Assembly (NCBI GenBank): GCA_965206745.1
Contig: OZ242220.1
Coordinates: 1-64,000, forward strand
DNA: 64,000 bases
DNA from: Nitrosopumilus sp.
GTDB lineage: Archaea; Thermoproteota; Nitrososphaeria; Nitrososphaerales; Nitrosopumilaceae
Direction of reading: 5' to 3'
Part shown: one piece after another, positions 39,976 through 50,224 of the stretch
Layout: each line of letters opens with the position of its first letter
Numbering within the stretch: the stretch's first letter is position 1
Notes under the pieces: model-generated
Seen by the model: only the letters and a program-made list of their open reading frames with translations
Told to the model about the DNA's origin: nothing
Database searches by the model: none
Translations under genes and position numbers: made by a program

Positions 39976-41646
39976 TTGAACAAAGCGTACCTGATCCCCC
40001 TTATTTCATTATTGATAGTCGGTCTTGGCAACAACGCAGTTGCCCAATCTGATGACAAATTAGTAGTGCTGGAAACAGACCTTGGAACCATCGTAATGGA
40101 ATTCTTTACTGACGATGCACCAAACCATGTTGATAATTTCGTCGGCTTGGCAGAATCGGGATTTTATGATGGAGTGGTGTTTCATAGAATTATTCCAGGG
40201 TTTATGATCCAAGGTGGTGATCCTAACACGGTTAGTGGTGATCCCAACACCTGGGGGTCCGGCGGTCCTGGCACGAATGTGGATGCCGAATTCAATACAA
40301 TAAAGCATAATCGCGGAATATTATCGATGGCAAGATCTGCTGATCCTAACAGTGGAGGTTCACAGTTTTTCATTGTTCATAAAGATTCTAACTTTTTAGA
40401 TGAACAGTATACGGTGTTTGGAAGGATTGCAACTGAGGAGAGCTTTGAGACTTTGGATAAAATTGCATCAGTGGAAACTGGCAGCGGGGACAAGCCGACA
40501 GATCCTGAAAAAGTCAGAATAACAAAGGCTATGGCAGTAAACCGTTCTGAAGTTTCAAATCTTCTTGAATTGTCAGAACCTGAACGCCTCGAATCTATGA
40601 CACCTCCTTTAACTGACAATCGAGAACTTGAAAGTGATGAGCTTGGAATTACATTTAGCATACCTGAGGGCTGGACACTGCAAGAATTAGAAAAAACCGC
40701 AGATGACTCCCCTGACCTTGTCGCAATCGGACCAAAGATGGGTGCAGTGAATCCGAACATCTCCTTAACGATACAAAATACCGATCAAAGAACCTTTGAT
40801 GAAATAGTAGCTGAAAAAACTAGCATGTTGGAAGAACTTGCAGCATCTGAAAATTTGGAAATAATTTCACAGGATTGGGCCTCTATCAATGGAACAGATG
40901 CATTTGTAACTGATGCAAAAGGAGTATTTTCCACTGAGGTTGGAGATGTGGACGTACAATTTAGAGAGGTTGTATTTCATAGTCCTGAAAAATACTATGT
41001 CATTGTATATGCAAATGGTTTAGATGATTTTGCCTCAGAACTGCCTAGATTTGAAGAAACGTTAAACTCCTTTGAAATACTAGACTCTTCATCCTCATCT
41101 TCTGATAAACTAGACTCTTCATCCTCATCTTCTGATAAACTAGACTCTTCATCCTCATCTTCTGATAAACTAGACTCTTCATCCTCATCTTCTGATAAAC
41201 TAGGCGACTACAGACAAACAGGCAACGACACTGGCGCCTTTGAGCAAGTAGTAGAAGTTCCTGATGAATCCTCAGAAGGGGATGGGGGCTGTTTGATAGC
41301 AACAGCCACATTTGGCTCAGAACTTGCACCCCAAGTTCAACAGCTCCGTGAGATTCGAGATAATATTATTCTGTCAACTGAATCCGGAACTGCTTTTATG
41401 AGTGGATTTAACCAGATCTACTATTCCTTTTCGCCCATAATTGCTGACTTGGAACGGGAGAACCCACTTTTCAAGGAAGCCGTTAAACTCTCAATCACCC
41501 CAATGTTGTCCACACTATCAATTCTAAACCATGTCGAGATTAATTCCGAATCTGAAATGCTATCTTATGGAATTGGAATAATTTTGATGAATCTTGGAAT
41601 TTATTTTGCCGTACCTGCAGTTGTCATTTACAAGATTAGAAAATAA
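39976..41646 (+). CDS. Exported cyclophilin PPIase + PsbP-like domain + CFI-box-type C-terminal anchor
   Basis: FHRIIPGFMIQGGDP, LSMAR, GSQFFI, YTVFG; FSIPEGW; GGCLIATATFGSE and C-terminal TM. Confidence 0.88.
   Translation: MNKAYLIPLISLLIVGLGNNAVAQSDDKLVVLETDLGTIVMEFFTDDAPNHVDNFVGLAESGFYDGVVFHRIIPGFMIQGGDPNTVSGDPNTWGSGGPGTNVDAEFNTIKHNRGILSMARSADPNSGGSQFFIVHKDSNFLDEQYTVFGRIATEESFETLDKIASVETGSGDKPTDPEKVRITKAMAVNRSEVSNLLELSEPERLESMTPPLTDNRELESDELGITFSIPEGWTLQELEKTADDSPDLVAIGPKMGAVNPNISLTIQNTDQRTFDEIVAEKTSMLEELAASENLEIISQDWASINGTDAFVTDAKGVFSTEVGDVDVQFREVVFHSPEKYYVIVYANGLDDFASELPRFEETLNSFEILDSSSSSSDKLDSSSSSSDKLDSSSSSSDKLDSSSSSSDKLGDYRQTGNDTGAFEQVVEVPDESSEGDGGCLIATATFGSELAPQVQQLREIRDNIILSTESGTAFMSGFNQIYYSFSPIIADLERENPLFKEAVKLSITPMLSTLSILNHVEINSESEMLSYGIGIILMNLGIYFAVPAVVIYKIRK
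41079..41203 (+). repeat. 30-bp perfect tandem repeat x4 encoding LDSSSSSSDK
   Basis: actagactcttcatcctcatcttctgataa at 41079, 41109, 41139, 41169. Confidence 0.95.
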
Positions 41647-41657
41647 TTAAATCTCTT

Positions 41658-43016
41658 CTACCAAACATCATCTACCTCGTCAAGCAGCCTGTATTCCTTC
41701 TCCGTATCACGTTTCATCAGTTTCAGCCTTGAGATGTCCCTGTCAAAGAACAGATCTATCGTCCAATCAAGAAGTACGCGAGTTTTTTTGTCAAATGTCG
41801 TAATCTTTGAGAGATACACGTTTCTCCAAATCAGCCAAGCCCAAAATCCGGAAATGTTCATTCCCAAAAACGTGGCAATCCCTGATCTTTTTCCAATGAT
41901 TGCCATCTGTCCCTTGGAATGGTAAACAAATCTCTCTTTTTTAGAATTTTTAATCAGTGCGATTAGATTTTTGGCAGCAATCTTTGCCTGAGCTTCTGCA
42001 ATTTGGGCAGTCGGAGGCAGTGGTCTTTGTGTCTGAGGATCAATGTATAGTGCACAGTCACCTATTGCAAATACTCCGGGAAAATCCGAAACTTCCAGAT
42101 GGTCATTTACTACGACCTTTCCCTTTTCCGTCTTAAACATTGATCTCTTGATGGTGTTGACTGGAGTCACCCCTGCAGTCCAAATCAGTGTCTTTGTGAT
42201 TATCGAGTCAATTTTAGAGGAATCAACTGGCTCCTTTGGATTCTCATCCAATGATTTTGTTGTCACCTCGTTCCCATCAAAACTGGTAACTGCCGTCTTT
42301 AATCTAATGTCAATTCCCCTCTCCATCATCTTCTCTTTTGCAAAATCTGCCAGCTTTTGGTTAAATCCGGGCAAAATCATTCCCAGAGCTTCCAGGACAA
42401 TCACCTTGAGATCACCTTTGTCAATTGTGGGATAGTGCTTTCTTGCATCTAAAAGCAGATCCATTAACTCTCCTGCAGTCTCAATTCCGGCAAATCCTCC
42501 CCCCACAACTACAAAATTCAAAAAACTTTTTCGAAGGATTGGGTTTGTTTCATTTTCAGCCTGCTCCAACATATCGATCACCCTGTTTCTCAGCACGACG
42601 GCGTCATTGAGCGTCTTCATAGTGTAGGCATTCTTTTCAACATCTGCCATTCCAAAGAAGTTAGTTTCGCTTCCAAGTGCAACCACCAAAAAGTCATAAT
42701 GAATCAAGATGCCCCTCTTATCCTTGGTTCCCCACAATGTTACTAGCTTCCCGTAGGGATCGATGTTTTTGATTCTTCCCTCATAGAACTTTGTTTTTTT
42801 ACAGATTGTTCTGATGGGCAAAACAATATGCCTAGTCTCAATCATTCCGGATGCGACTTGCGGCAGCATTGGCGTAAACAATAGAAAGTTATCCTCGCTT
42901 ATCATTATTATCTCAATTTCAGGATCGTTTCCAAATTTTGATTCTAGTTCTCTGGTACATTCCACTCCTGCAAAGCCTCCGCCCAAAACCACGATCTTCT
43001 TCTTATTTCTTGCCAA
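41658..43016 (-). CDS. ndh: Type II NADH dehydrogenase (NDH-2)
   Basis: Two GGGFAG motifs, FTPML, WTAGV, FAIGD, PTAQIA, KGQMAIIG. Confidence 0.88.
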   Translation of the reverse strand: MARNKKKIVVLGGGFAGVECTRELESKFGNDPEIEIIMISEDNFLLFTPMLPQVASGMIETRHIVLPIRTICKKTKFYEGRIKNIDPYGKLVTLWGTKDKRGILIHYDFLVVALGSETNFFGMADVEKNAYTMKTLNDAVVLRNRVIDMLEQAENETNPILRKSFLNFVVVGGGFAGIETAGELMDLLLDARKHYPTIDKGDLKVIVLEALGMILPGFNQKLADFAKEKMMERGIDIRLKTAVTSFDGNEVTTKSLDENPKEPVDSSKIDSIITKTLIWTAGVTPVNTIKRSMFKTEKGKVVVNDHLEVSDFPGVFAIGDCALYIDPQTQRPLPPTAQIAEAQAKIAAKNLIALIKNSKKERFVYHSKGQMAIIGKRSGIATFLGMNISGFWAWLIWRNVYLSKITTFDKKTRVLLDWTIDLFFDRDISRLKLMKRDTEKEYRLLDEVDDVW

Positions 43017-43076
43017 TGGTATCTTTTACACAAACTGGGTGAATATATGCTATAAGAATAATATCTGGATTGCCCC

Positions 43077-43745
43077 CTAGGTTCTCATAATGTCTGAATG
43101 TAGTATGTCATAGGCTCTTGATGAATCCCTCTCATTTAAGATAATTGTGATGTTATCTTGGCTGAAAAATGCGTTAACCAACTCAACGCCGTTTGCATGC
43201 AGCACCTCGGCTACATAGGACACCACATCTGATTGGTTTTGAGAGTTTGGAATTGAAATTCTAATTTTTGCAAGGCCCGTACTAAACATATCGTCCCTTT
43301 CTGGGATGTGATTGAAGATCTGCCTAATATCGTCCATATCCTCTGCAAGAAATCTAAATGAATCAGACAATCTGAAAAACTCATAGTTGTTTGTTACCTT
43401 GGAGAATTTGTCCAAAATTGCCATTGGATCCATCTGATTTGAATCCTTTATGGAAAACCTGACATCCATTATTCCATCAGTCAATGCCAACCTCGCATTC
43501 TTCAAGACTGACTCTTCCTTGAGATCCTCTTTACTTTCAAACGAATCGGCATATCTCTTAATAGCTACAACTACTGTATTGAGATTTACAGCATTTCCTA
43601 GGACTCTTTCTATCTCCGGCTGAATCTTTACTGCCAGGGCCGTATAATTTATCAAATCCATCTTCATACAATCATAAATTGAGCGATTTCTGGTAATGAT
43701 CTCCCTTACCACTTCGGGTATGGACATGTTTGTAGTCCTCATCAT
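43077..43745 (-). CDS. ACT-domain protein with N-terminal HTH-like region
   Basis: LINYTALA...VVVAIKRY; C-terminal ACT-like fold. Confidence 0.7.
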   Translation of the reverse strand: MMRTTNMSIPEVVREIITRNRSIYDCMKMDLINYTALAVKIQPEIERVLGNAVNLNTVVVAIKRYADSFESKEDLKEESVLKNARLALTDGIMDVRFSIKDSNQMDPMAILDKFSKVTNNYEFFRLSDSFRFLAEDMDDIRQIFNHIPERDDMFSTGLAKIRISIPNSQNQSDVVSYVAEVLHANGVELVNAFFSQDNITIILNERDSSRAYDILHSDIMRT

Positions 43746-43750
43746 GATTA

Positions 43751-43821
43751 TTATATAATGTCAGTTATAATAGGATTATGTAAGAAATCAAAGAAATATC
43801 CATAATCTTTATATAATGTCA
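43751..43821. promoter_or_regulatory. Divergent promoter with 13-bp direct repeat TTATATAATGTCA
   Basis: Copies at 43751-43763 and 43809-43821, with GATTATG/CATAATC inverted repeat between. Confidence 0.5.
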
Positions 43822-43840
43822 TACATATTACATACTATAG

Positions 43841-44332
43841 GTGAATATGACAATGTACTTTGATAGCGAATTTGAAAGAATCTTCAAAAAAATGTCCAGC
43901 TCTTTTTTTGACATCGATGACATTCTTGAGGAACTCAAGGAATCTGGTCCGCACTATTACAGTTACACAATGACTGTCAGTCCGGATGGTAGGCCCGTTG
44001 TAAGGGAGTATGGAAATGTCAAACCAGGACACTTGCCTGCTGACACACGAGAACCACTCGTTGATACAATTGTTGATGAAAAAGACAAAGTAGTAAAACT
44101 CATAGCTGAGATGCCAGGAGTTGAAAAATCCGACGTCAAGATTGTTGTCAAAAACAAAACAGTCGATCTTTCAGCCAAACGCGGTGATAAGAGATATCAC
44201 ACAAAAGTTCCCTTGCAACACAAGGTTGATGAAGACTCTGCAAAGGCTTCCTACAAAAACGGGGTTTTGCAGATCATCTTCAAGTTAGTTGAGGAGGAAA
44301 AACCAAAAGACAAAGTGGTGGAGGTTGAATAA
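43841..44332 (+). CDS. hsp20: Small heat shock protein Hsp20
   Basis: PDGRPVVREYGN, REPLVD, AEMPGV, ASYKNGVL, VEVE tail. Confidence 0.92.
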   Translation: MNMTMYFDSEFERIFKKMSSSFFDIDDILEELKESGPHYYSYTMTVSPDGRPVVREYGNVKPGHLPADTREPLVDTIVDEKDKVVKLIAEMPGVEKSDVKIVVKNKTVDLSAKRGDKRYHTKVPLQHKVDEDSAKASYKNGVLQIIFKLVEEEKPKDKVVEVE

Positions 44333-44358
44333 ACCCCTCACTAATTTGAGGTACTGAT

Positions 44359-46509
44359 ATGAACAAAGTAATTTTAAAAATTGAAGAAAGTCCGCAACAG
44401 CATGTTGGAAGGGGCAGGGCAATAGTTGATCCCAAAATCATCGAGGATCAAGGATGGAGTACTGGACAGATCTTGGAACTAACATACAACAAAAAGACGC
44501 ATGTAAAACTCTGGCCTGGCACGGTCGTAGAGTATGGTACTGGCACCATCAAGATCGATGGAATGACCAGACAGAATATAGGGGCCGGCATAGGTGATAA
44601 AATTTCAATAAAATCAGTCGAGGCCGTTAATGCCCAACAGATTGTTTTGTCTCCGACTGAAAAAATTACAGCCGAAGGACTGCAGGAATACATGATTTAC
44701 AACTATCTCAATCACGTATTTACAACCGGGGATTCGGTATCTCTGAACACGCAGATGGGAGGCAGGGTTCAATTTGTTGTAACTAGTACGAAACCGCCAA
44801 AGCCTGTCATTGTTACAGAGAACACAGTTTTCAAGCTAGGGACAATGACCAAAGGAATTGACTCATCTGTGCCCAGAATAACATACGACGAGCTTGGAGG
44901 CCTAAAAAATGAGGTTCGAAAAATCCGAGAGATGGTCGAACTGCCAATGAGGCATCCCGAACTCTTTGATAAAATAGGCGTGGAGGCCCCAAAAGGCGTG
45001 CTTTTGTATGGTCCACCAGGAACTGGCAAAACCCTGCTTGCAAAAGCAGTCGCAGGAGAAACAAATGCCCACTTTATCTCCCTTAGCGGTCCTGAAATAA
45101 TGGGCAAGCATTACGGGGAAAGCGAGGAGCGAATCAGGGAGATCTTTGCCCAAGCTGCAGAGAATGCTCCGAGCATAATCTTCATCGACGAGATTGACTC
45201 GATTGCTCCAAAAAGAGATGAGGTATCAGGCGAATTAGAGAAGAGAATTGTATCCCAACTGCTGACTCTGATGGACGGCATGCAGTCCAGGGGCAAGGTT
45301 GTCGTGATTGCAGCCACCAACAGGCCTGACTCGATTGATCCTGCACTCAGAAGGCCTGGAAGATTTGACAGGGAGATAGAGATTGGAATTCCAGACGATG
45401 AAGGAAGGTTTGATATTCTCTCAATCCATACCCGCGGAATGCCAATTGATCAAAAAGTGGATCTCAGACGAATCTCAAAGATTACACATGGATTCGTAGG
45501 GGCTGACTTGGAAGTATTATCCAAAGAGGCGGCAATGAGATCCCTTCGCAGGATTATTCCTGAGATTGATCTTGATGAGGAAAAAATCTCGTCAGAGATA
45601 CTCCAAAAGATCCAAATTACCGGCGATGACTTTGGGGATGCGCTAAAAGAAGTTAGGCCCAGTGCACTCAGGGAGGTCCAAGTACAGGTTCCAGATGTTA
45701 GCTGGGACGATGTAGGCGGATTGGATGGGCTAAAGGAGGAACTCCGGGAAGCTGTTGAATGGCCTATCAAATACAGGGATGCATATGATTACGTAGATGT
45801 GGAATCGCCAAAAGGAATTCTGCTGTACGGCCCTCCCGGAACTGGCAAGACCATGATGGCAAAAGCCCTTGCAAAAATGACAGAGTCCAACTTTATCAGC
45901 ATCAAGGGTCCGGAACTGCTCTCAAAATGGGTTGGAGAATCTGAAAAGGGGGTAAGGGAGATCTTCAGAAAGGCCAGACAGGCAGCGCCATGCATCATAT
46001 TTTTTGACGAGGTTGATGCGCTTGTTCCAAGACGGGGCAGCGGCTCTGGCTCACATGTTACAGAAAACGTGGTATCCCAAATTCTTACAGAGATTGACGG
46101 ATTAGAGGAACTGCACGACGTGTTGATAATTGGTGCAACAAACAGATTGGACATCGTAGATGAGGCCCTTCTCAGACCGGGCAGATTTGACAGGGTCATC
46201 AAAGTTCCAAATCCTGATGCGAAGGGACGACTGCACATCTTTGAGATTCATACAAAAAACAAGCCCCTCGGAGATGACGTGCAGCCCTCAGAAATAGTAA
46301 AGCTGACTGAAGACTTTAGCGGCGCTGAGATTGCAGCAGTTGCCAACAGGGCAGCCATTACAGCTTTGAAGAGATATGTTGCCGGCAAGTCAAAGAATGT
46401 CAAGGAGATCAAGATTGTCCAACAAGATCTCATCGATGCTGTCGATAAGGTAAAGCCTCGAAGAAAGGAGGCGCCCATACCCCAATCCATAAAACAGTCT
46501 AAATACTAA
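44359..46509 (+). CDS. cdc48: CDC48/VAT family AAA ATPase
   Basis: Two AAA modules ([23 protein letters not shown]). Confidence 0.95.
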   Translation: MNKVILKIEESPQQHVGRGRAIVDPKIIEDQGWSTGQILELTYNKKTHVKLWPGTVVEYGTGTIKIDGMTRQNIGAGIGDKISIKSVEAVNAQQIVLSPTEKITAEGLQEYMIYNYLNHVFTTGDSVSLNTQMGGRVQFVVTSTKPPKPVIVTENTVFKLGTMTKGIDSSVPRITYDELGGLKNEVRKIREMVELPMRHPELFDKIGVEAPKGVLLYGPPGTGKTLLAKAVAGETNAHFISLSGPEIMGKHYGESEERIREIFAQAAENAPSIIFIDEIDSIAPKRDEVSGELEKRIVSQLLTLMDGMQSRGKVVVIAATNRPDSIDPALRRPGRFDREIEIGIPDDEGRFDILSIHTRGMPIDQKVDLRRISKITHGFVGADLEVLSKEAAMRSLRRIIPEIDLDEEKISSEILQKIQITGDDFGDALKEVRPSALREVQVQVPDVSWDDVGGLDGLKEELREAVEWPIKYRDAYDYVDVESPKGILLYGPPGTGKTMMAKALAKMTESNFISIKGPELLSKWVGESEKGVREIFRKARQAAPCIIFFDEVDALVPRRGSGSGSHVTENVVSQILTEIDGLEELHDVLIIGATNRLDIVDEALLRPGRFDRVIKVPNPDAKGRLHIFEIHTKNKPLGDDVQPSEIVKLTEDFSGAEIAAVANRAAITALKRYVAGKSKNVKEIKIVQQDLIDAVDKVKPRRKEAPIPQSIKQSKY

Positions 46510-46527
46510 GGAAAATGACATAGAACC

Positions 46528-46746
46528 ATGAAGCTCTATCTGGACTTTGAACCGTGCAAAGAGTGCAATGCCATGATGACCGAACTGAGCAGTCCTGAAA
46601 TGCTGTTTGCCGATGAAAAAACTAGGGCAGACGAATCGGCAAAGTTTCTTAGACATCTGACGTATAACCACAATGAGGTAGTCCAAGCAGTCATGGAAGA
46701 TCTTCCAAAGCAGAAGAGAGATCAGGAACCTGATTTCTACAAATAG
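46528..46746 (+). CDS. Small hypothetical protein with CxxC and HxxxxH
   Basis: CKEC, HLTYNH. Confidence 0.65.
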   Translation: MKLYLDFEPCKECNAMMTELSSPEMLFADEKTRADESAKFLRHLTYNHNEVVQAVMEDLPKQKRDQEPDFYK

Positions 46747-46816
46747 CCGCCTTTACTCTTAGCAATGAATAATCATATTCATATACAAAACCACCGTAAT
46801 ATTCTTGTGAAACTAT

Positions 46817-47254
46817 ATGAAGACTAGCATTATTTTTAGCATAATTGCTCTGCTTGCACTGGCCGGTTTTTCACAGACGACATCTGCCATTGAAATAGAA
46901 CAGATACCGGGGCCGCCACAGATACCCGAACCCAGTCCCCTGCCAGATCCCATCAGAATGCCAGATCCTCCATTTGCACCAAATCCTTTCCCCGAAGAAT
47001 CTGATTCAGAAAAACTAAAGCAACTAACTAACGAAAATAATAATCTGAAACAACGAAACAAACATCTGCAAAACCAGATACAGTCACTCAATAATGAAAA
47101 GTCCAGACTACTGGCAGAAATATCAGAGCTAAACGGTATGATACAAAATCTAAAGAAGATTACATTAGAACAAGTTAAAGTGATGATGGATCTGGTGAAC
47201 CAACTCAAAGAGACAGCATACGAAAAGATATTTTCTCCTGCAGTTCAACTGTAG
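46817..47254 (+). CDS. Exported Pro-rich/coiled-coil protein
   Basis: Signal peptide, Pro-rich linker, heptad repeats. Confidence 0.65.
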   Translation: MKTSIIFSIIALLALAGFSQTTSAIEIEQIPGPPQIPEPSPLPDPIRMPDPPFAPNPFPEESDSEKLKQLTNENNNLKQRNKHLQNQIQSLNNEKSRLLAEISELNGMIQNLKKITLEQVKVMMDLVNQLKETAYEKIFSPAVQL

Positions 47255-47271
47255 GATGTCTCTCAAGCAGT

Positions 47272-48192
47272 CTATTCTGCCAGCTTTAATGTCTTCCTAA
47301 TCAGGACCGTCCTGTTTCTGATTGTGACATTGCTGATTCCAGATTCTGCTGCAAACTTTTTCTGACTGATCCTCTCCCCGTTCATTATACATGAGATGTA
47401 TAATGATGCGGCAGCCTGCGCCACAGGGTGCTTTCCAGCAGTAATCTGCTCCCTCTCGCAGCGGTCTAGTATCTTGAATGCATCCCGTTTTGTCTTCTCT
47501 CTCAGATTCATGTTGTTTGAGATTTTTGAGATAAACGATGCTGTATCGTACTGGTTAAGACTCAATTCTAGCTTTTTGATTATGGTTCTCAAGTCTCTGG
47601 AGAGTATCCGCCTTTCAATATTTCCGGCATCTGCTATGTCGTCTAGTGTTCTTGGCATGTTGTTTTCCCTACATGCTGCATAAAGTGAGGCTGCAATCAG
47701 CGAGGCCATGCTCCTTCCCCTAGTCAGCCCCGCACTGACTGCTTTTCTATAAATGTAGGCTGCATTTTCCACGACATTGTCTGAGATTCCCAGTTTTGTC
47801 TTCATCCCGTGAAGTAAGGTGAAAGCCTTGCTTAAACTAGCCGTCTTTCTTGATTTGCTTCTTTGATCCCACGTTCGTAATCTGTTGAACTCGTATTTTG
47901 TTTTGCTAGGCAGCGCCTTTCCAGTCGAATCTTTATTTGCGCCAATCACAGTTGACAGCCCCCTGTCATTCATAGTTAATGATGTGGCAGGACCCGTTCT
48001 TGACAGCTTCATAAAGTCCTCTTGGCTGTAACTGCCGTTTCCATGTGATGCATCAGTCATGTTTTGCAATAGGATAAGACCACATCCCCCACAAACAATT
48101 TCTCCCCTTTCGGAATCTGTTATTGTTGGATAGGCCTTGCAAGCATCTAGTTGACACTTGACATCATGGCTGTTTGAAATATCTTCTATCAC
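47272..48192 (-). CDS. tfb: Transcription initiation factor IIB paralog
   Basis: GEIVCGGCG zinc ribbon, RTGP, GLSTVIG, RLRTWD, cyclin repeats, VTIRNR. Confidence 0.93.
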   Translation of the reverse strand: MIEDISNSHDVKCQLDACKAYPTITDSERGEIVCGGCGLILLQNMTDASHGNGSYSQEDFMKLSRTGPATSLTMNDRGLSTVIGANKDSTGKALPSKTKYEFNRLRTWDQRSKSRKTASLSKAFTLLHGMKTKLGISDNVVENAAYIYRKAVSAGLTRGRSMASLIAASLYAACRENNMPRTLDDIADAGNIERRILSRDLRTIIKKLELSLNQYDTASFISKISNNMNLREKTKRDAFKILDRCEREQITAGKHPVAQAAASLYISCIMNGERISQKKFAAESGISNVTIRNRTVLIRKTLKLAE

Positions 48193-48361
48193 TGTAAATT
48201 ACTATTTGGTGATTATAAAATAAAAATATCATGATTCAGGTAATTTTGTAATCAAAACTAAACTTTACAAACAAAAAATACCTAGAATCTTCTCAAAAAC
48301 TAGTTTCTAATTGTAACATTATACGTGCTGTAATAAATGTTAAAATTAAAACATTTTTGGC

Positions 48362-48553
48362 TTATTTTTTGATTGATTCCAAAGAATGTCCGCGGTTTGT
48401 AATCATTTGAGTGACTGCCTCAATGGTGTAGTCAATTCCGTGCTCTTCCTCAAAATGATCTCTTAACTTCTCAATTAGGCCCAAAGTTTTTTCTTCATCA
48501 AGAAGGTATTTGCATTCAAAACCATAGTCCTCACATCTCAACTTTAGCATCAT
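48362..48553 (-). CDS. DUF1059-like small metal-binding protein
   Basis: LRCEDYGFEC...HFEEEHG. Confidence 0.75.
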   Translation of the reverse strand: MMLKLRCEDYGFECKYLLDEEKTLGLIEKLRDHFEEEHGIDYTIEAVTQMITNRGHSLESIKK

Positions 48554-48681
48554 TTAGTCTGGAAAACAGACTGAACCTATAAAAACTGTGGACACATCTA
48601 AATCTGAACTTGACTAGGCACAAACTGCATCAGACCCGATTCAAACAGCACTAATAATGTCAATTAACTTCTATTGAACAT

Positions 48682-49062
48682 ATGAAAGGCCTAGAGTTTA
48701 TTTTTCTTGGAGCAGGCTCAGTACTTGGGGCATATCTGAGATTCAAAGTGGTGGAATCTCCTCTGCTTTTTAACACACTGCCCATCAACGTCCTGATAGT
48801 CAATGTACTTGGGGCCTTTGTCTTGGGCATGTTTGTTGTTCTATCACAGCACTGGCATCTTGATGGAAGATATTCTCTATTTGCGGCAGTCGGATTCTGT
48901 GGCTCGCTTACCACAATGTCCTCATTTGCACTTGATTCTAGCAATCTTTTGGAGAGCAACCAGTACGGAACCCTCATTATCAACATACTGGCTAATGTTG
49001 GCCTCTCAATTGCAGCACTGATTGGAGGAAAGTCATTAATGAGCGGGATTATTAATAATTAA
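48682..49062 (+). CDS. crcB: Fluoride channel CrcB/FluC
   Basis: GAYLRF, VNVLGAF, GFCGSLTTMSSF. Confidence 0.92.
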   Translation: MKGLEFIFLGAGSVLGAYLRFKVVESPLLFNTLPINVLIVNVLGAFVLGMFVVLSQHWHLDGRYSLFAAVGFCGSLTTMSSFALDSSNLLESNQYGTLIINILANVGLSIAALIGGKSLMSGIINN

Positions 49063-49068
49063 TTAGAA

Positions 49069-49299
49069 ATGGTCTATTCATATCAAGTTGTAAAGTTTCA
49101 AACAATTTCCTTCGTACAAGGAACTCATTGGTCTCAATCTGTAGGTGACAAAGGAATCCTTTACAAATCGCTCAAAGATCCGTTCTCAAAACTTATCGTT
49201 CAGTCTTCTAATGGATCAAAAAAACTCTATCGTGTTCCAAAGGACAGAACGGTCGTTGTGACAAATGACACCGTACATTTTCTCGGCGAAATATCCTGA
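49069..49299 (+). CDS. Small hypothetical protein
   Basis: ATG ORF co-oriented with crcB. Confidence 0.6.
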   Translation: MVYSYQVVKFQTISFVQGTHWSQSVGDKGILYKSLKDPFSKLIVQSSNGSKKLYRVPKDRTVVVTNDTVHFLGEIS

Positions 49300-49572
49300 T
49301 TATTTAAAAAACTGATCAACCTGGTCTCTGTATTTTAGAGCAATCTTTCCAAATTCTGTAAAATCGTCTGCAGTTGGATATTTCATCTTCATCGCAAACT
49401 GATTGATGAATACGGATAACGCACTGCCGATGATCAGGTTATACACTCCGTCTGCAATGTTGTTTGAATATGGAAACGCCACCTTGATAAATGGCAGGTA
49501 TGTCTCTGTCTGCGAAATCATTAATTTGATGTGCTTTTCAACGAATTCTTCCACGTCAGCAGGAATTGCCAT
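49300..49572 (-). CDS. Small hypothetical protein
   Basis: ATG ORF with typical composition. Confidence 0.65.
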   Translation of the reverse strand: MAIPADVEEFVEKHIKLMISQTETYLPFIKVAFPYSNNIADGVYNLIIGSALSVFINQFAMKMKYPTADDFTEFGKIALKYRDQVDQFFK

Positions 49573-49866
49573 GATTATACTGGTATCGATTTCTTATAAA
49601 TAGGATTTTGATTTTTACGATGATCTCTTACCCACAAATTTGGATTCATGCACTTTTCTGTCCATTAAAAGACATCACAACTGTCTATTGCAGTCCGGAG
49701 AAATTCCTTCAAATTCTGCGAATTTGCAGCAGCTTTGTATGGGCAGTTTCTGCCAGGTTTGCCATGCGCCCATTTTTTAAATTTGATCAAAATGAAATTG
49801 AATTTATACGGCGAATGCCATTTTTCATTATTGCTTGATCTGGATAAGAAAGTATTTGGTGGCATC

Positions 49867-50130
49867 ATGACCAAGGAAATCATAGGTGCTGCCCCGCCCG
49901 CATTTCCTGACACGAAAAAGAATCTTGAAGACGAACTCGGAATACTAATTGCAGAGTTGGAAACACTCTCTGATGAAAGTTTGAAAGATCTGCTGCAAGA
50001 ACAAAAAATTGCCCAGGAACACATCAATAGTAGGCCCGGCGCAATGGCCCTGGCCCAAAACAAAATTCAACTATTCAACGAGTACAGCAAGAAATATCTT
50101 CAAGCTATACAGCAAAGACTGCAATCCTAG
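49867..50130 (+). CDS. Hypothetical helical protein
   Basis: Start taken at MTKEIIG after a GGTGG-like RBS. Confidence 0.6.
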   Translation: MTKEIIGAAPPAFPDTKKNLEDELGILIAELETLSDESLKDLLQEQKIAQEHINSRPGAMALAQNKIQLFNEYSKKYLQAIQQRLQS

Positions 50131-50224
50131 CCATCCGAATCCGTACTGTTGATTGTTTTCATGCCTAATTGAGAACCCTGTAAACAAAGGTGTGTCTGCC
50201 AGAAAAGATCCTGTGGGGCATGGT

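Noticed and set aside
41079-41203. CRISPR array
   Set aside because: Units are contiguous with no spacers and lie in frame within a gene; no cas genes in the window.
48560-48681. Fluoride riboswitch upstream of crcB
   Set aside because: No GGCGATGG-type 5' element or matching pseudoknot visible.
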